A stretch of 64,000 nt of DNA from Candidatus Levybacteria bacterium RIFCSPHIGHO2_01_FULL_36_15b (GTDB lineage: Bacteria; Patescibacteriota; Microgenomatia; Levybacterales; UBA12049). Numbering within the stretch: the first letter of the stretch is position 1; every line of letters starts with the position of its first letter. The DNA lies in the NCBI GenBank assembly GCA_001782045.1, contig MFNK01000003.1:204719-268718 (forward strand). Direction: 5' to 3'. Under the pieces are notes generated by a model. That model did no database searches, was not told the origin of the DNA, and was given only the letters and a program-made list of their open reading frames with translations. Below are positions 10,601 to 19,922 of the stretch, piece by piece. The position numbers were made by a program, and so were the translations under genes.

Positions 10601-13163
10601 AGATTGAAATGCTATTAGGCGCTTGCACTATTGCAGATAAATAATAATTAAGATCATTTGTAAAATAGTTTAGGTATGTAAAATTAGGCACAAAAACAGC
10701 AATTTTTTTGTATCCCAAATCTGTAATTCTATTTAATATTTCCCTTGTTTCAGATCTAGATAAATGTTTTGATTTAAGTTCCTCATTTGTCAAAACTATA
10801 TATTTGGGAAAATTATTATCCTGCTTATTAATAATTTTGTAATTAAAATTCTTATAATCTTTTATTCCGTATTGGTTTAAATAAAATTCCTTCAGGACAA
10901 TATCAGGAAGTCCTTGATAAATTGGAATGTTTTCAATTCCAATTGTCGAGCCGATTTTTACATTACTTTTTAACCAACTAGATGACTTTTGCCTCGGGTC
11001 TTCTGCAAATTTTAAAAGCATCCAGGATAATGCTTGAGTCAATTGAATTATTAATAAAACCATTACTATTAGTATAAGTAAAGGTCTGCGTGTTAAATTT
11101 CTTATTTGCTGAAATAATAATCCAAAAAATATTGCAAAGAATGGTAATAGAGATAAAGCCCTATTATTTGATGCGTCAAGTTTAAGCGGAATAAGGCTAA
11201 GAGCAAATAAAATAAATGAGAGAAATAGGAAAAATGTTTCTTTTGAGATATTAATTTTTTTGTCCTTTATAAAGTCTAATAACGTTTTAGTTAATATATA
11301 CATTAGATAAAATGCGCTTATCGTAAATAAGATATAACCAAATAATGCAGGATATATATTTGTAATTAGGTATTTCCAAATGTTGTCATTAATCACAACA
11401 TTTGAGATAGTAGCTGTCGGAGTTCTTATTAAATTGGACGATATGTACTCATACAAGCTCCCTTTGCCCAGCAGAATGTCGGGAATCCCAAAGGATAAAA
11501 ATGCGATGACATATAAAAATAACGAAGCGTAAAGCCATTTGATTTTTTTTAAAGCATTAGGGGTATAGAAAACAAATAAGAATATAATCAGTACAAGAAG
11601 AGCAATTGGTTGTAGCTTAACGGACAATGCTATTGATGAAAAAATTGAAACAAACATAAGATCTATAAGAGTCGGATTTTTTATGTATCTGAACATAAAT
11701 AAAAAAGAACAAAGTGTCCAGAACATCAATGCTATGTCATATTTAAAATAATTACTTAACATTAACCAAACTGGATTAAAAACGAATACGAATGTTGATA
11801 CAAGCGGGTTAAGTTTGAAATATTTTTTGCATAAAAAGTAAAAGACTACAATACTAGCTATTCCAAAAAGAATTGTATTAAACCTAAGGATTTCAAATAG
11901 CTTAGTTTGTTCGTCGAGGTTTAAGACTGAAGATTTTATCGCAACTGGATTGATGATACCTAGAATAATAAAAGGAATAAGATATAGTCCGGATAGGAAG
12001 AAATGAAAAATAGAACCATTAGCTGAACCTTCAATATTTGGCGAGCCAAATGTAAATAAATTTCTTACAGATTGTGCTTGATGCCATTCATCCATAAAAT
12101 AATTAAACGGGTGACTAGAATTGGGTATTCCCCAACTAATCATTGCAAGCATCAATATCAAGTAAGATAAAACTAAAGCCGTAAGACTCTTATTTTTTTC
12201 CATAAAATTTATAAATTGACTGGGCCTTAGTTTCTTTAGAAAAGCTAAACTCGAACCAGTAAGAACTGCTATATCGGAAGTAAACTGGAGTAGAGGAAGA
12301 TACATAAAGGCTTTCTTTTCTTTTATATATCTGTAATTCTTATTAATTGCCCAGAGCAAATAACTTAAAAATAAAGTAAGTAATATTAAATTAAGTAGTA
12401 GTGATTTCATAATCGCCGATAACATTAGCAAATATATTGCGAAGAGATATCTTAAGAAAATATAAATAACTTTATTTCGTATAAGACCCGCTTCTATGTC
12501 TCCGTAAGCAAACCTTGTAAACATTTTGAGGGCTTGAGTAATGCTTTTTCTAGGCTCCCAATAGACTACTGCTTTTTTTTCGAATGTAATTTTAACACCA
12601 TGTTCTTTTAACCTAGTTGCAAACTCATAATCTTCATTATGAGATAATTTTTCATTAAATCTCCCAACTTTCTTCCATACTTTTTTTCTAAAGGCCATAG
12701 ATCGGGTAGCAGGAAGAAACGTATTAGGATCCACTTTATCCCTCATAACTAATACATATGGTATTAATGCTCTTTGAAAAGAACTATTTGCTTGCCCCTT
12801 GTAATATCCCGCCACCACACCTGTAGATTTCTTTTTAAAAGGAGCAACTATGTTCTCAACCCATTTCTTATCTAAAATACATCCCGCGTCTGTCGAAAGA
12901 ATTATATTTCCTTTACTTTTCTTTATTGCCTCATTTCTTCCAACCGATCTATTTCCTTTTTTAACATAAAGCTTAATATTGAGTTTAGGTAGTTTTACTA
13001 TATTTTCCTTTATTATTTCTCTCGTTTTGTCAAAACTACCCCCATCTACAAATACTATCTCATCGGGTATAACAGATTGGATAGTAATAGAATTAATAAG
13101 TTGCTGCACGGTCTTCTCTTCATTAAAGACGGTACATATTAAAGATGTTTTTAACGTAGACAT
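10590..13163 (-). CDS. Fusion: GT2 glycosyltransferase + GT-C multi-TM transferase
   Basis: Start moved to ATG 13163 (MSTLKTSLICTVFNEE), which has TGTTATAAT upstream. Motifs VDGGSFD, TDAG and HNED, then NYFMDEWHQ and many TM segments. Confidence 0.8.
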   Translation of the reverse strand: MSTLKTSLICTVFNEEKTVQQLINSITIQSVIPDEIVFVDGGSFDKTREIIKENIVKLPKLNIKLYVKKGNRSVGRNEAIKKSKGNIILSTDAGCILDKKWVENIVAPFKKKSTGVVAGYYKGQANSSFQRALIPYVLVMRDKVDPNTFLPATRSMAFRKKVWKKVGRFNEKLSHNEDYEFATRLKEHGVKITFEKKAVVYWEPRKSITQALKMFTRFAYGDIEAGLIRNKVIYIFLRYLFAIYLLMLSAIMKSLLLNLILLTLFLSYLLWAINKNYRYIKEKKAFMYLPLLQFTSDIAVLTGSSLAFLKKLRPSQFINFMEKNKSLTALVLSYLILMLAMISWGIPNSSHPFNYFMDEWHQAQSVRNLFTFGSPNIEGSANGSIFHFFLSGLYLIPFIILGIINPVAIKSSVLNLDEQTKLFEILRFNTILFGIASIVVFYFLCKKYFKLNPLVSTFVFVFNPVWLMLSNYFKYDIALMFWTLCSFLFMFRYIKNPTLIDLMFVSIFSSIALSVKLQPIALLVLIIFLFVFYTPNALKKIKWLYASLFLYVIAFLSFGIPDILLGKGSLYEYISSNLIRTPTATISNVVINDNIWKYLITNIYPALFGYILFTISAFYLMYILTKTLLDFIKDKKINISKETFFLFLSFILFALSLIPLKLDASNNRALSLLPFFAIFFGLLFQQIRNLTRRPLLILIVMVLLIIQLTQALSWMLLKFAEDPRQKSSSWLKSNVKIGSTIGIENIPIYQGLPDIVLKEFYLNQYGIKDYKNFNYKIINKQDNNFPKYIVLTNEELKSKHLSRSETREILNRITDLGYKKIAVFVPNFTYLNYFTNDLNYYLSAIVQAPNSISIYEK

Positions 13164-13212
13164 AAGATTTGTTGAAATTATAACATCTCGTAGTTTAGAA
13201 TACATTAAATAA

Positions 13213-15027
13213 ATGAATTTATTCTTACAGCTTATTCCCAACTTATCTTCCAAGTTAAATTATTTAATTTCTGACTATGTAGCGGTTTCAATCGATTTAA
13301 ATCCGGTTGGTATTTTTATGGAAAATTTAATTTTTGCGTCATTATTAGTAGTTATATCCTATCTTTTTGGCAAAAAAATAAAACGCGTATTTTTTAGAGA
13401 CATACTTGCTCAACACGATTTTTTTGTTTCTATTGCCCTGGGATACGTAATTTTCTCAACAGGAATTACAATGTTAGGGTTTTTTTCACTGCTTCAAAAG
13501 GAAGCTTTATACATGTACTTTGGAATTATTACTCTTGTATCTGTAATTCCAATACGAAATTTAAAAAGTGAATTGCTTCTGTTTAAAAAATATATATTTA
13601 CTTCTATCAAAAACCTAAGAGAGAATAAATTGGTCTTTATCGGAGTCATTCTATTTACTATAGTGGCACTTGTTAATTTGATTAATCCTGAAATAAGAGA
13701 AGACCAGTACCATGTTGATTTCCCTAGAATTTTTATTAGGGAGGAAACAATAATGCTTCCACCAAACGAAGATTTAAACGTTTCAGGAAGCTCTATGCTT
13801 GCTGAAATGTTCTATATCCCTGGAATAATGTCATTATCAAAGGAATCTGCAAGACACATACATTTTTTATTCTATATATTAGTATTATTTACCTTACTTA
13901 AGTTTTCAAAATTAAAAAATTATAGATTTGCTATCTATACTCCGCTAATTTTTATTACGGCTCCTGTTGTTATTCATGAAACTTCATCCATGTATGTAGA
14001 CTTTCAATGGATATTTCTATTCTTACTTTCAATCCTTTTACTAATTAATGAACGTACGAATGGCTTAAGTAAATATTTATTAATTGGGATACTTCTTGGC
14101 GGAATGTTAGCTACAAAGCTTTGGACAATAGTTCTTATTCCAATTTTGATTGTATTTACAATAATTATTTATAGAAATAACCACTTCTTCTCTATCCTAA
14201 AAAAAATAATATCGATTTTTACAGGCGTAATTTTAATTTCTGGCATTTGGTTTGTCAGAGCTTATATATTAACTGGGAACCCATTTTTCCCGGCATACAA
14301 TATTACCAACTACTTTACCTTTAATGTCAATCTTATAAATCCACTTCAAAATTTAAACGTATTTAGTACATTATTTTTTCTAGGCGTAGGACTTATTATT
14401 TTTCAGGCAAAAGACAATGTAAGAATTATAAAAAATAGTGTCATATTTGTATTGTTGTTTATTTTGTTCTTAATTTTATTAGTTATTAACTACCCTTACG
14501 GCAGGTATTTATTATCAATATATGTTCTGCTTATTTTTCTTGCATCGGTGGGACTTTATAATTGTTTAAATAAAACCCCTAGCATAAAACTTCTTGTTTA
14601 TACTTTGGTTTTTATTATATTTGGATATTACTTTTTATCTTCTGTTTTTGTACTTCCGTATACTTTTGGGATCGCAGACAAAAATAAGTATTTATCAAGA
14701 TTATTAAATAAAGATAACTCCAGTTATTATGACTTTGATCACAAATTTGCAAAGTTTATAGGCAGGGAGGAAAAAATAGCCATGTATAATTTCCATGGTT
14801 ATTACTATGCGGATTTTAGGTTTATTGACACTAATTCAATTTTTGACAAAAATGACAACTCATTAAAATTATTAAAAAAACAAGGAATCAGTAAGCTTAT
14901 GATACGAGGGGGGGATATTAAATGGTTCTGTGAGAATTTAAGTATTAAAGATTGCATAATAGAAAAATACTCACTTATCTCTAGTTTTCATGTATATCCA
15001 TACTACTATTTGTATAATATTTATTAA
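13213..15027 (+). CDS. Multi-TM GT-C-fold glycosyltransferase
   Basis: PEIREDQYHVDFP, SMYVD, ATK and TGNPFFP motifs; paralog of 1..888. Start uncertain (13213 or 13318). Confidence 0.72.
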   Translation: MNLFLQLIPNLSSKLNYLISDYVAVSIDLNPVGIFMENLIFASLLVVISYLFGKKIKRVFFRDILAQHDFFVSIALGYVIFSTGITMLGFFSLLQKEALYMYFGIITLVSVIPIRNLKSELLLFKKYIFTSIKNLRENKLVFIGVILFTIVALVNLINPEIREDQYHVDFPRIFIREETIMLPPNEDLNVSGSSMLAEMFYIPGIMSLSKESARHIHFLFYILVLFTLLKFSKLKNYRFAIYTPLIFITAPVVIHETSSMYVDFQWIFLFLLSILLLINERTNGLSKYLLIGILLGGMLATKLWTIVLIPILIVFTIIIYRNNHFFSILKKIISIFTGVILISGIWFVRAYILTGNPFFPAYNITNYFTFNVNLINPLQNLNVFSTLFFLGVGLIIFQAKDNVRIIKNSVIFVLLFILFLILLVINYPYGRYLLSIYVLLIFLASVGLYNCLNKTPSIKLLVYTLVFIIFGYYFLSSVFVLPYTFGIADKNKYLSRLLNKDNSSYYDFDHKFAKFIGREEKIAMYNFHGYYYADFRFIDTNSIFDKNDNSLKLLKKQGISKLMIRGGDIKWFCENLSIKDCIIEKYSLISSFHVYPYYYLYNIY

Positions 15028-16748
15028 TGCTAGACCCTTATAGAATGATTGTGGTTAACTTAGCTCTTTTGACTGTGCTTGGTGGATGCATATTGTTCTA
15101 CAAATTATTTTTCAAAAATAAAAAGATTAATCTTTTTTATATTCTAATTTTCTTAGCGATAATATCCTCGATAAGTATATTTAGAACAGGAGCATACGAA
15201 AGTGGTGATTTTAATATTCACATATACAGAAGTATGGAATTCTATAGATCATTATCTGAGGGCATTATTATGCCATCTTGGGCAGCAAACTTAAATGCTA
15301 CATTCGGATATCCACTATTTATATTTAATTATTCCTTGCCGTATTATTTTATTTCAGCTCTTCATTTTATCGGACTATCATTCATTAATTCTTTAAAAGT
15401 GTTTTTGGCTGCGAATTTAGTATTATCCGCACTTTTTATGTATATATTTGTACAAAATAAATTTAAAAATGATCTTGCTTCGTTTGCGAGTGGTGTTTTT
15501 TACTTATTTTTTCCGTATCATCTTATTTCTGTTCATTTTAAAGTTACAATTGGAGAAATTCTTGCATTTACATTAATACCACTTTTATTCTTATTTTTAG
15601 ATAAATTCACAAGAGAGAATAAAAATTATTTCTTAGTATTAAGCGGCATTATCTTGGGATTAGTAGCTTTGAGCCATATTTTCATTTCAATTTTTCTTAT
15701 CCCAATAATATTTATGTATTCCTGGTCTTATAAAACAAAAACTATAATCGCATTTAAGATTATTCTAATCGGACTATTGATGTCAAGTTATCAGTGGGCA
15801 CCTTCTTTGATATTTAATAGTGTTTTGTTTACCAGCAAATATCCAATAGACATAAATACAATATATTTTCCATCTATTTCTGATTTAATTTATTCCCCGT
15901 GGAGATATGGGCTTTTGTTTCAAGGTCCCAAGGGTGAGATCTCTTATCTTTTGGGCTACGCAGAATTGATAATTATCGGCTTAACACTGTTTTTATCTAT
16001 CAAGAATAAATTTTCCGTTAAATATAACACGCAAATACAATTTTTTCTTGGCTTACTGTTCATGCTTGTTTTACTAATGATTCCTACTTCAAGAAATGTA
16101 TGGGATGCATTTCCACTTCTTGGCGCAGCAGGCCCTCACAGACTTTTAATACCTCTCGGATTTATCATTGCCTTGCTCTCGTCTTATATAGCAATCCTTG
16201 TAAGGGATAAAAAATGGATTTACATTTTAATAGCTTTTGCAGTTTTAACAACCTTACTCAATTGGGGACAAAGAAGAGTAATACCAGAAATAAATGACAA
16301 AATTCTTGAAAAAAACATTTCTTTAAGTACTTATCTAGGAGAATCACATTTCTATGCAAATACAAAATATGTAAACCCAAAACACCCTTGGTTTTCTAAT
16401 ATTCCTAAGAATAAAATTGAAACCATTAAAGGAAAGGCAAGTTTTTCAAGCGGAGAAAACAATTCTGCATTGCATATTTATAGAGCAAGCATCTCTCAAG
16501 TTTCGCTAATAAGTGAAAAAACGCTTTATTTTCCGGGTTGGAAAGCATATGCAAACGGAAAGCCTATTAATATTTTTCCGGGTAAAGAAGGAGAAATAAA
16601 CTTTATTTTACCTAAGGGGGATTTTAATCTTATGGTTTTTTACAAAGACGAGATTTTATTTAGATTAGTTAAGATTATTAGTATTACCAGTCTTTTACTC
16701 GGTTTTATTTATTTATTTAGATCATTCAAATTCCATAAATCTAAATAA
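15027..16748 (+). CDS. Membrane protein, PTPS-related/YfhO-like (GT-C superfamily)
   Basis: D...H..R, MPSWA..LN..FGYPLFIFNY and GE.LA motifs; C-terminal YFPGWKAYANG (YfhO-type). Confidence 0.75.
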   Translation: MLDPYRMIVVNLALLTVLGGCILFYKLFFKNKKINLFYILIFLAIISSISIFRTGAYESGDFNIHIYRSMEFYRSLSEGIIMPSWAANLNATFGYPLFIFNYSLPYYFISALHFIGLSFINSLKVFLAANLVLSALFMYIFVQNKFKNDLASFASGVFYLFFPYHLISVHFKVTIGEILAFTLIPLLFLFLDKFTRENKNYFLVLSGIILGLVALSHIFISIFLIPIIFMYSWSYKTKTIIAFKIILIGLLMSSYQWAPSLIFNSVLFTSKYPIDINTIYFPSISDLIYSPWRYGLLFQGPKGEISYLLGYAELIIIGLTLFLSIKNKFSVKYNTQIQFFLGLLFMLVLLMIPTSRNVWDAFPLLGAAGPHRLLIPLGFIIALLSSYIAILVRDKKWIYILIAFAVLTTLLNWGQRRVIPEINDKILEKNISLSTYLGESHFYANTKYVNPKHPWFSNIPKNKIETIKGKASFSSGENNSALHIYRASISQVSLISEKTLYFPGWKAYANGKPINIFPGKEGEINFILPKGDFNLMVFYKDEILFRLVKIISITSLLLGFIYLFRSFKFHKSK

Positions 16749-17782
16749 ATATTTGTAATTCTTTCCCAAGATTTAGTTTTCACCCAATTATATGCTGGCG
16801 CAGTGCTTTGCTGATTATGCTCCAAATATGACTTTATGGCTTCAGCTATTTTTCCTGAATCGTTACTAATTGCAATATACCCTGCGAAAGGAGTCATTTC
16901 TAAATAGTCTTTTTTTATTTCATTATTATAGTGTGCAAATACAGGTATTCTTGACGCCATAGCCTCAAGAATTCCTAAATATCTTGAAACAAGGGCAAAT
17001 CCGTAATTAAGAAATAATGAATCCGTATCTTGAACAAACCCTTTAAAAAATACTTTCAGTTTATGTTTTTTTGCATATTTTATTGCCTCTTCCCTTAAGG
17101 TACCGTCTCCGTAAATATCAAGCTCTGTCGCTACATTTTTATCCTTTAATAACTTAAATGCTTTTAAATACTCTAGGATACCAGTTTCATGCTCAAGCCT
17201 TCCTGTAAATATGCCTTTATACCTATTTACATTCTCTTTTACCTTAGACTCAATTAATTTTTTATCAACTGCACCGTAAATTATAAAATTTGCTTTTGTT
17301 TTATACCACTTTTCTAAAAATTTACCAACACATATATTTCCATTTGATAGAACTTCTGCCACCTTGTGCATCAAGTATGCATTAAAAGATGGTAAATTGT
17401 TGCCTTCGTAGCCATGAAATGTGACAAAATTTTTTTTAAAAGGAAAAATAAATCTAAATGGAAAGTACCAGAAGTAAACGTCATGCGCATGCACTATATC
17501 AGCATTCTTTATTAAATTTATTTTCAATAACAATTCTTTCCAAATTCTAAACTTTTTAAACCAATCGTTTCTACCGATGTCAATGGTTATAACATTAAGG
17601 TTACTATTCTCTGGCTGATTAGCGCTTAAGCTTTGTGATTGATAATTATTACTATAAGATTTTTCAGTTAGAATAGTAACTTTTATTCCCTTCTTTGTCA
17701 ACGCTTCAGATAACTTGTAAATATGCTTCTCTACTCCCCCAATATTAGGAAAAAAGGATCTTGTTAAAAAAACGACGCTCAT
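16709..17782 (-). CDS. GT4 glycosyltransferase
   Basis: FFPNIGGVEKH, HAHD, TFHG, GRLE, GDG and ILEAMA motifs. Confidence 0.85.
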   Translation of the reverse strand: MSVVFLTRSFFPNIGGVEKHIYKLSEALTKKGIKVTILTEKSYSNNYQSQSLSANQPENSNLNVITIDIGRNDWFKKFRIWKELLLKINLIKNADIVHAHDVYFWYFPFRFIFPFKKNFVTFHGYEGNNLPSFNAYLMHKVAEVLSNGNICVGKFLEKWYKTKANFIIYGAVDKKLIESKVKENVNRYKGIFTGRLEHETGILEYLKAFKLLKDKNVATELDIYGDGTLREEAIKYAKKHKLKVFFKGFVQDTDSLFLNYGFALVSRYLGILEAMASRIPVFAHYNNEIKKDYLEMTPFAGYIAISNDSGKIAEAIKSYLEHNQQSTAPAYNWVKTKSWERITNIYLDLWNLNDLNK

Positions 17783-17783
17783 G

Positions 17784-17855
17784 TGGACTCGAGAGGATTC
17801 GAACCTCTGACATCTTCAATGTGAATGAAGCGCTCTACCACTGAGCTACGAGTCC
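17784..17855 (-). tRNA. tRNA-Val (anticodon CAC), CCA not encoded
   Basis: Minus strand GGACTCGTAGCTCAGTGGTAGAGCGCTTCATTCACATTGAAGATGTCAGAGGTTCGAATCCTCTCGAGTCCA. It has a 7-bp acceptor stem, a CTTCA/TGAAG anticodon stem with loop TTCACAT, and a TTCGAAT T-loop. Confidence 0.96.
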
Positions 17856-17861
17856 TAGAAT

Positions 17862-17870
17862 ATTATACCA
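17862..17870 (-). promoter_or_regulatory. Extended -10 promoter for tRNA-Val
   Basis: TGGTATAAT ending 6 nt before the tRNA +1 G. Confidence 0.65.
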
Positions 17871-17912
17871 AATAGAAGATTGACAAAGACTGTAAATGTT
17901 TGGGAAAATTAC

Positions 17913-18473
17913 ATGGTGCAAGTATTACGTAAAATATACGGCTTTCTAATTGATAGCGTACAAACATTTTTAATTGCAGCGGCAATTTTCCTAGTTATCT
18001 ACCTATTTTTATTTAGACCATACGAAGTTAAAGGAGATTCCATGTATCCTAATTTCTACGATAAGGAATATGTACTAACCAATCTTATTTTATTAAAATT
18101 TCAAGCGCCTAAAATGGGAGATGTTGTAGTTTTTAAATCCCCCGTAGAGCCTGAAAAGGATTATATTAAAAGAATAATAGGCCTTCCTGGCGATAGTATA
18201 TATATTAAAGACGGAGATGTTTACTTGAATGGAGAAATGCTTAACGAAGGCAAATATTTAAATAGTAGCGTGAAAACTCATCAGGGAGCGTTTCTACAAA
18301 ACGATGAGCAGATTACGGTTCCTGAAAACATGTACTTTGTGCTTGGAGATAACAGAGATGCAAGCTCTGATTCAAGAGAATGGGGATTTGTAAAAAAAGA
18401 TTCTTTAATAGGGGTATCTATGTTTGTTTATCTACCGATTAATAAAATGAGGATAGTTGCCAATCCCTATTAA
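17913..18473 (+). CDS. lepB: Signal peptidase I
   Basis: GDSMYP (catalytic Ser), YIKRIIGLPGD (Lys) and GDNRDASSDSR motifs. The track's TTG start at 17880 is actually a TTGACA -35 box, so ATG 17913 or GTG 17916 is preferred. Confidence 0.93.
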   Translation: MVQVLRKIYGFLIDSVQTFLIAAAIFLVIYLFLFRPYEVKGDSMYPNFYDKEYVLTNLILLKFQAPKMGDVVVFKSPVEPEKDYIKRIIGLPGDSIYIKDGDVYLNGEMLNEGKYLNSSVKTHQGAFLQNDEQITVPENMYFVLGDNRDASSDSREWGFVKKDSLIGVSMFVYLPINKMRIVANPY

Positions 18474-19288
18474 GAGCCAGCAAGTGCTTCAAATATTTCT
18501 TTTAGCTTTGGACCTGTAATATCTACATCTCCCTTTTTCTCTATTATAATTCTTGCCTTAGTTCTTGTTTGATACATTACTACGCTATCAACCTCGGTTT
18601 TTTCCTGAATTTTTTTTGCCATCTCATCTAGTTCGGGAATCCAAAGCTTATGTAACTTTGTTCTAGGTTCTTTTTGCTGCACCTCACCCTTTACCTGCCT
18701 TGCAAACTCTTCGGTTTCCCTAACAGTACTATTTTCTTTCAAAATACGCTTAAATAGATCAAGCATTAGTTTGGGGTCACCAAGTGAAATTAAAGGCCTT
18801 ACATGACCTTCTGTAATGACTCCAGCAACAAGTGCGTCTTTAATGGCATCTGGAAGCGATAAAAGCCTAATTGTATTGGATACTGTCGGAGCGCTTTTGC
18901 CAACCCTTCTTGCTACTTCGTTGGTTCCCAAACCGAACTCCTCAATTAATCTCTTGTACGCCTGAGCTCTTTCGATTGGATTTAAATCCTCTCTTTGTAC
19001 GTTTTCAACTATAGACATCTCAAGCATTCCCTGAGGTGTCGTTTCCTTTATAACAACAGGTACCTTTTCAAGTCCAAGCACCTTTGCTGCTCTCCATCTT
19101 CTTTCTCCCGCTATAATTTGATAACCGGCTGGGGTTTTTGCCGCTACAATTGGCTCAAGAATTCCTTGCTCCCTAATTGAATCTACTAACTCCTGTAACG
19201 AATCAGGAGAAATAATGCCTCTCGGTTGAAGAGGATTAGCTTGAAGTAAATTTGTCTCTAATTCGAATACTCTTTCTTCTTTATCCAT
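18470..19288 (-). CDS. parB: ParB/Spo0J chromosome partitioning protein
   Basis: [34 protein letters not shown] motifs and an HTH. Confidence 0.95.
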   Translation of the reverse strand: MDKEERVFELETNLLQANPLQPRGIISPDSLQELVDSIREQGILEPIVAAKTPAGYQIIAGERRWRAAKVLGLEKVPVVIKETTPQGMLEMSIVENVQREDLNPIERAQAYKRLIEEFGLGTNEVARRVGKSAPTVSNTIRLLSLPDAIKDALVAGVITEGHVRPLISLGDPKLMLDLFKRILKENSTVRETEEFARQVKGEVQQKEPRTKLHKLWIPELDEMAKKIQEKTEVDSVVMYQTRTKARIIIEKKGDVDITGPKLKEIFEALAGS

Positions 19289-19532
19289 TTATAACATCGA
19301 TTACGCTTTTAGAATTTAACTGCTTAAACTTTACGACACCATCAATTAAGGAAAAAAGTGTAAAGTCTTTTCCCATTGAAACATTTTTTCCAGGATGAAA
19401 CTTAGTTCCTTTTTGACGTACTAAAATGCTACCTTTTTTAGCTGTTTGCCCGCCGTATATCTTTATACCCAATCTTTTAGCAATTGAGTCCCTATTTCCC
19501 TTTACTGCTCCTTGAGCTTTTGTGTGTGCCAT
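19281..19532 (-). CDS. rpmA: 50S ribosomal protein L27
   Basis: MAHTK...[13 protein letters not shown]; [20 protein letters not shown]. Confidence 0.97.
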   Translation of the reverse strand: MAHTKAQGAVKGNRDSIAKRLGIKIYGGQTAKKGSILVRQKGTKFHPGKNVSMGKDFTLFSLIDGVVKFKQLNSKSVIDVING

Positions 19533-19553
19533 ATTACTGTGAAAACTGACCCC

Positions 19554-19582
19554 ATTTTATATTGACTTTTCACGAGTGTCAA
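19554..19582 (-). promoter_or_regulatory. Sigma70-type promoter for rpmA-parB
   Basis: TTGACA-N17-TAAAAT. Confidence 0.7.
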
Positions 19583-19591
19583 GAGGTCAAA

Positions 19592-19900
19592 CTATATTAT
19601 TTTTTTTATTTTAATTCTGGAAAGTTCTGCCCTAAATCCCGTTGTTTTTCTGTATCTAACCTTTGATTTAAATTTAGAAATTCTTAGCTTTTCTCCTCTA
19701 AAATTTTCTATAAGCTCTGCTTCAACTTTACTACCCGAAACATAGGGTTTTCCAATCTTTAAGCTAGAATCAGATACTAAAAGTAGAACGTTATCAAATG
19801 TAACCTTCGAACCATCCTTAGATAGCTTATCTACCTCAATAACATCTCCCTCTGAAACTTTATATTGTTTTCCGCCAGTTTTTATTACTGAATATTTCAC
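19592..19900 (-). CDS. rplU: 50S ribosomal protein L21
   Basis: YSVIKTGGKQYKV.EGD and KFK.K..Y....GFR motifs. Start set at GTG 19900. Confidence 0.95.
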   Translation of the reverse strand: MKYSVIKTGGKQYKVSEGDVIEVDKLSKDGSKVTFDNVLLLVSDSSLKIGKPYVSGSKVEAELIENFRGEKLRISKFKSKVRYRKTTGFRAELSRIKIKKII

Positions 19901-19907
19901 GGATAAG

Positions 19908-19916
19908 ATTATAACA
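19908..19916 (-). promoter_or_regulatory. Extended -10 promoter, leaderless rplU
   Basis: TGTTATAAT-N7-GTG. Confidence 0.65.
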
Positions 19917-19922
19917 AACAAT

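Noticed and set aside
13164-13253. 30-aa N-terminal extension of the GT2::GT-C fusion in the ORF track
   Set aside because: It starts at TTG, overlaps the divergent gene and contains the predicted -10; GT2 homology begins at ATG 13163.
14908-14914. G7 tract in a GT-C gene (also G6 at 4968-4973) as phase-variation sites
   Set aside because: The tracts are short, in frame and explained by Gly/Pro codons; there is no evidence of slippage without reads.
17784-17855. tRNA-Val as an integration site for the glycan locus
   Set aside because: I found no duplicated tRNA 3' end and no integrase in the window.
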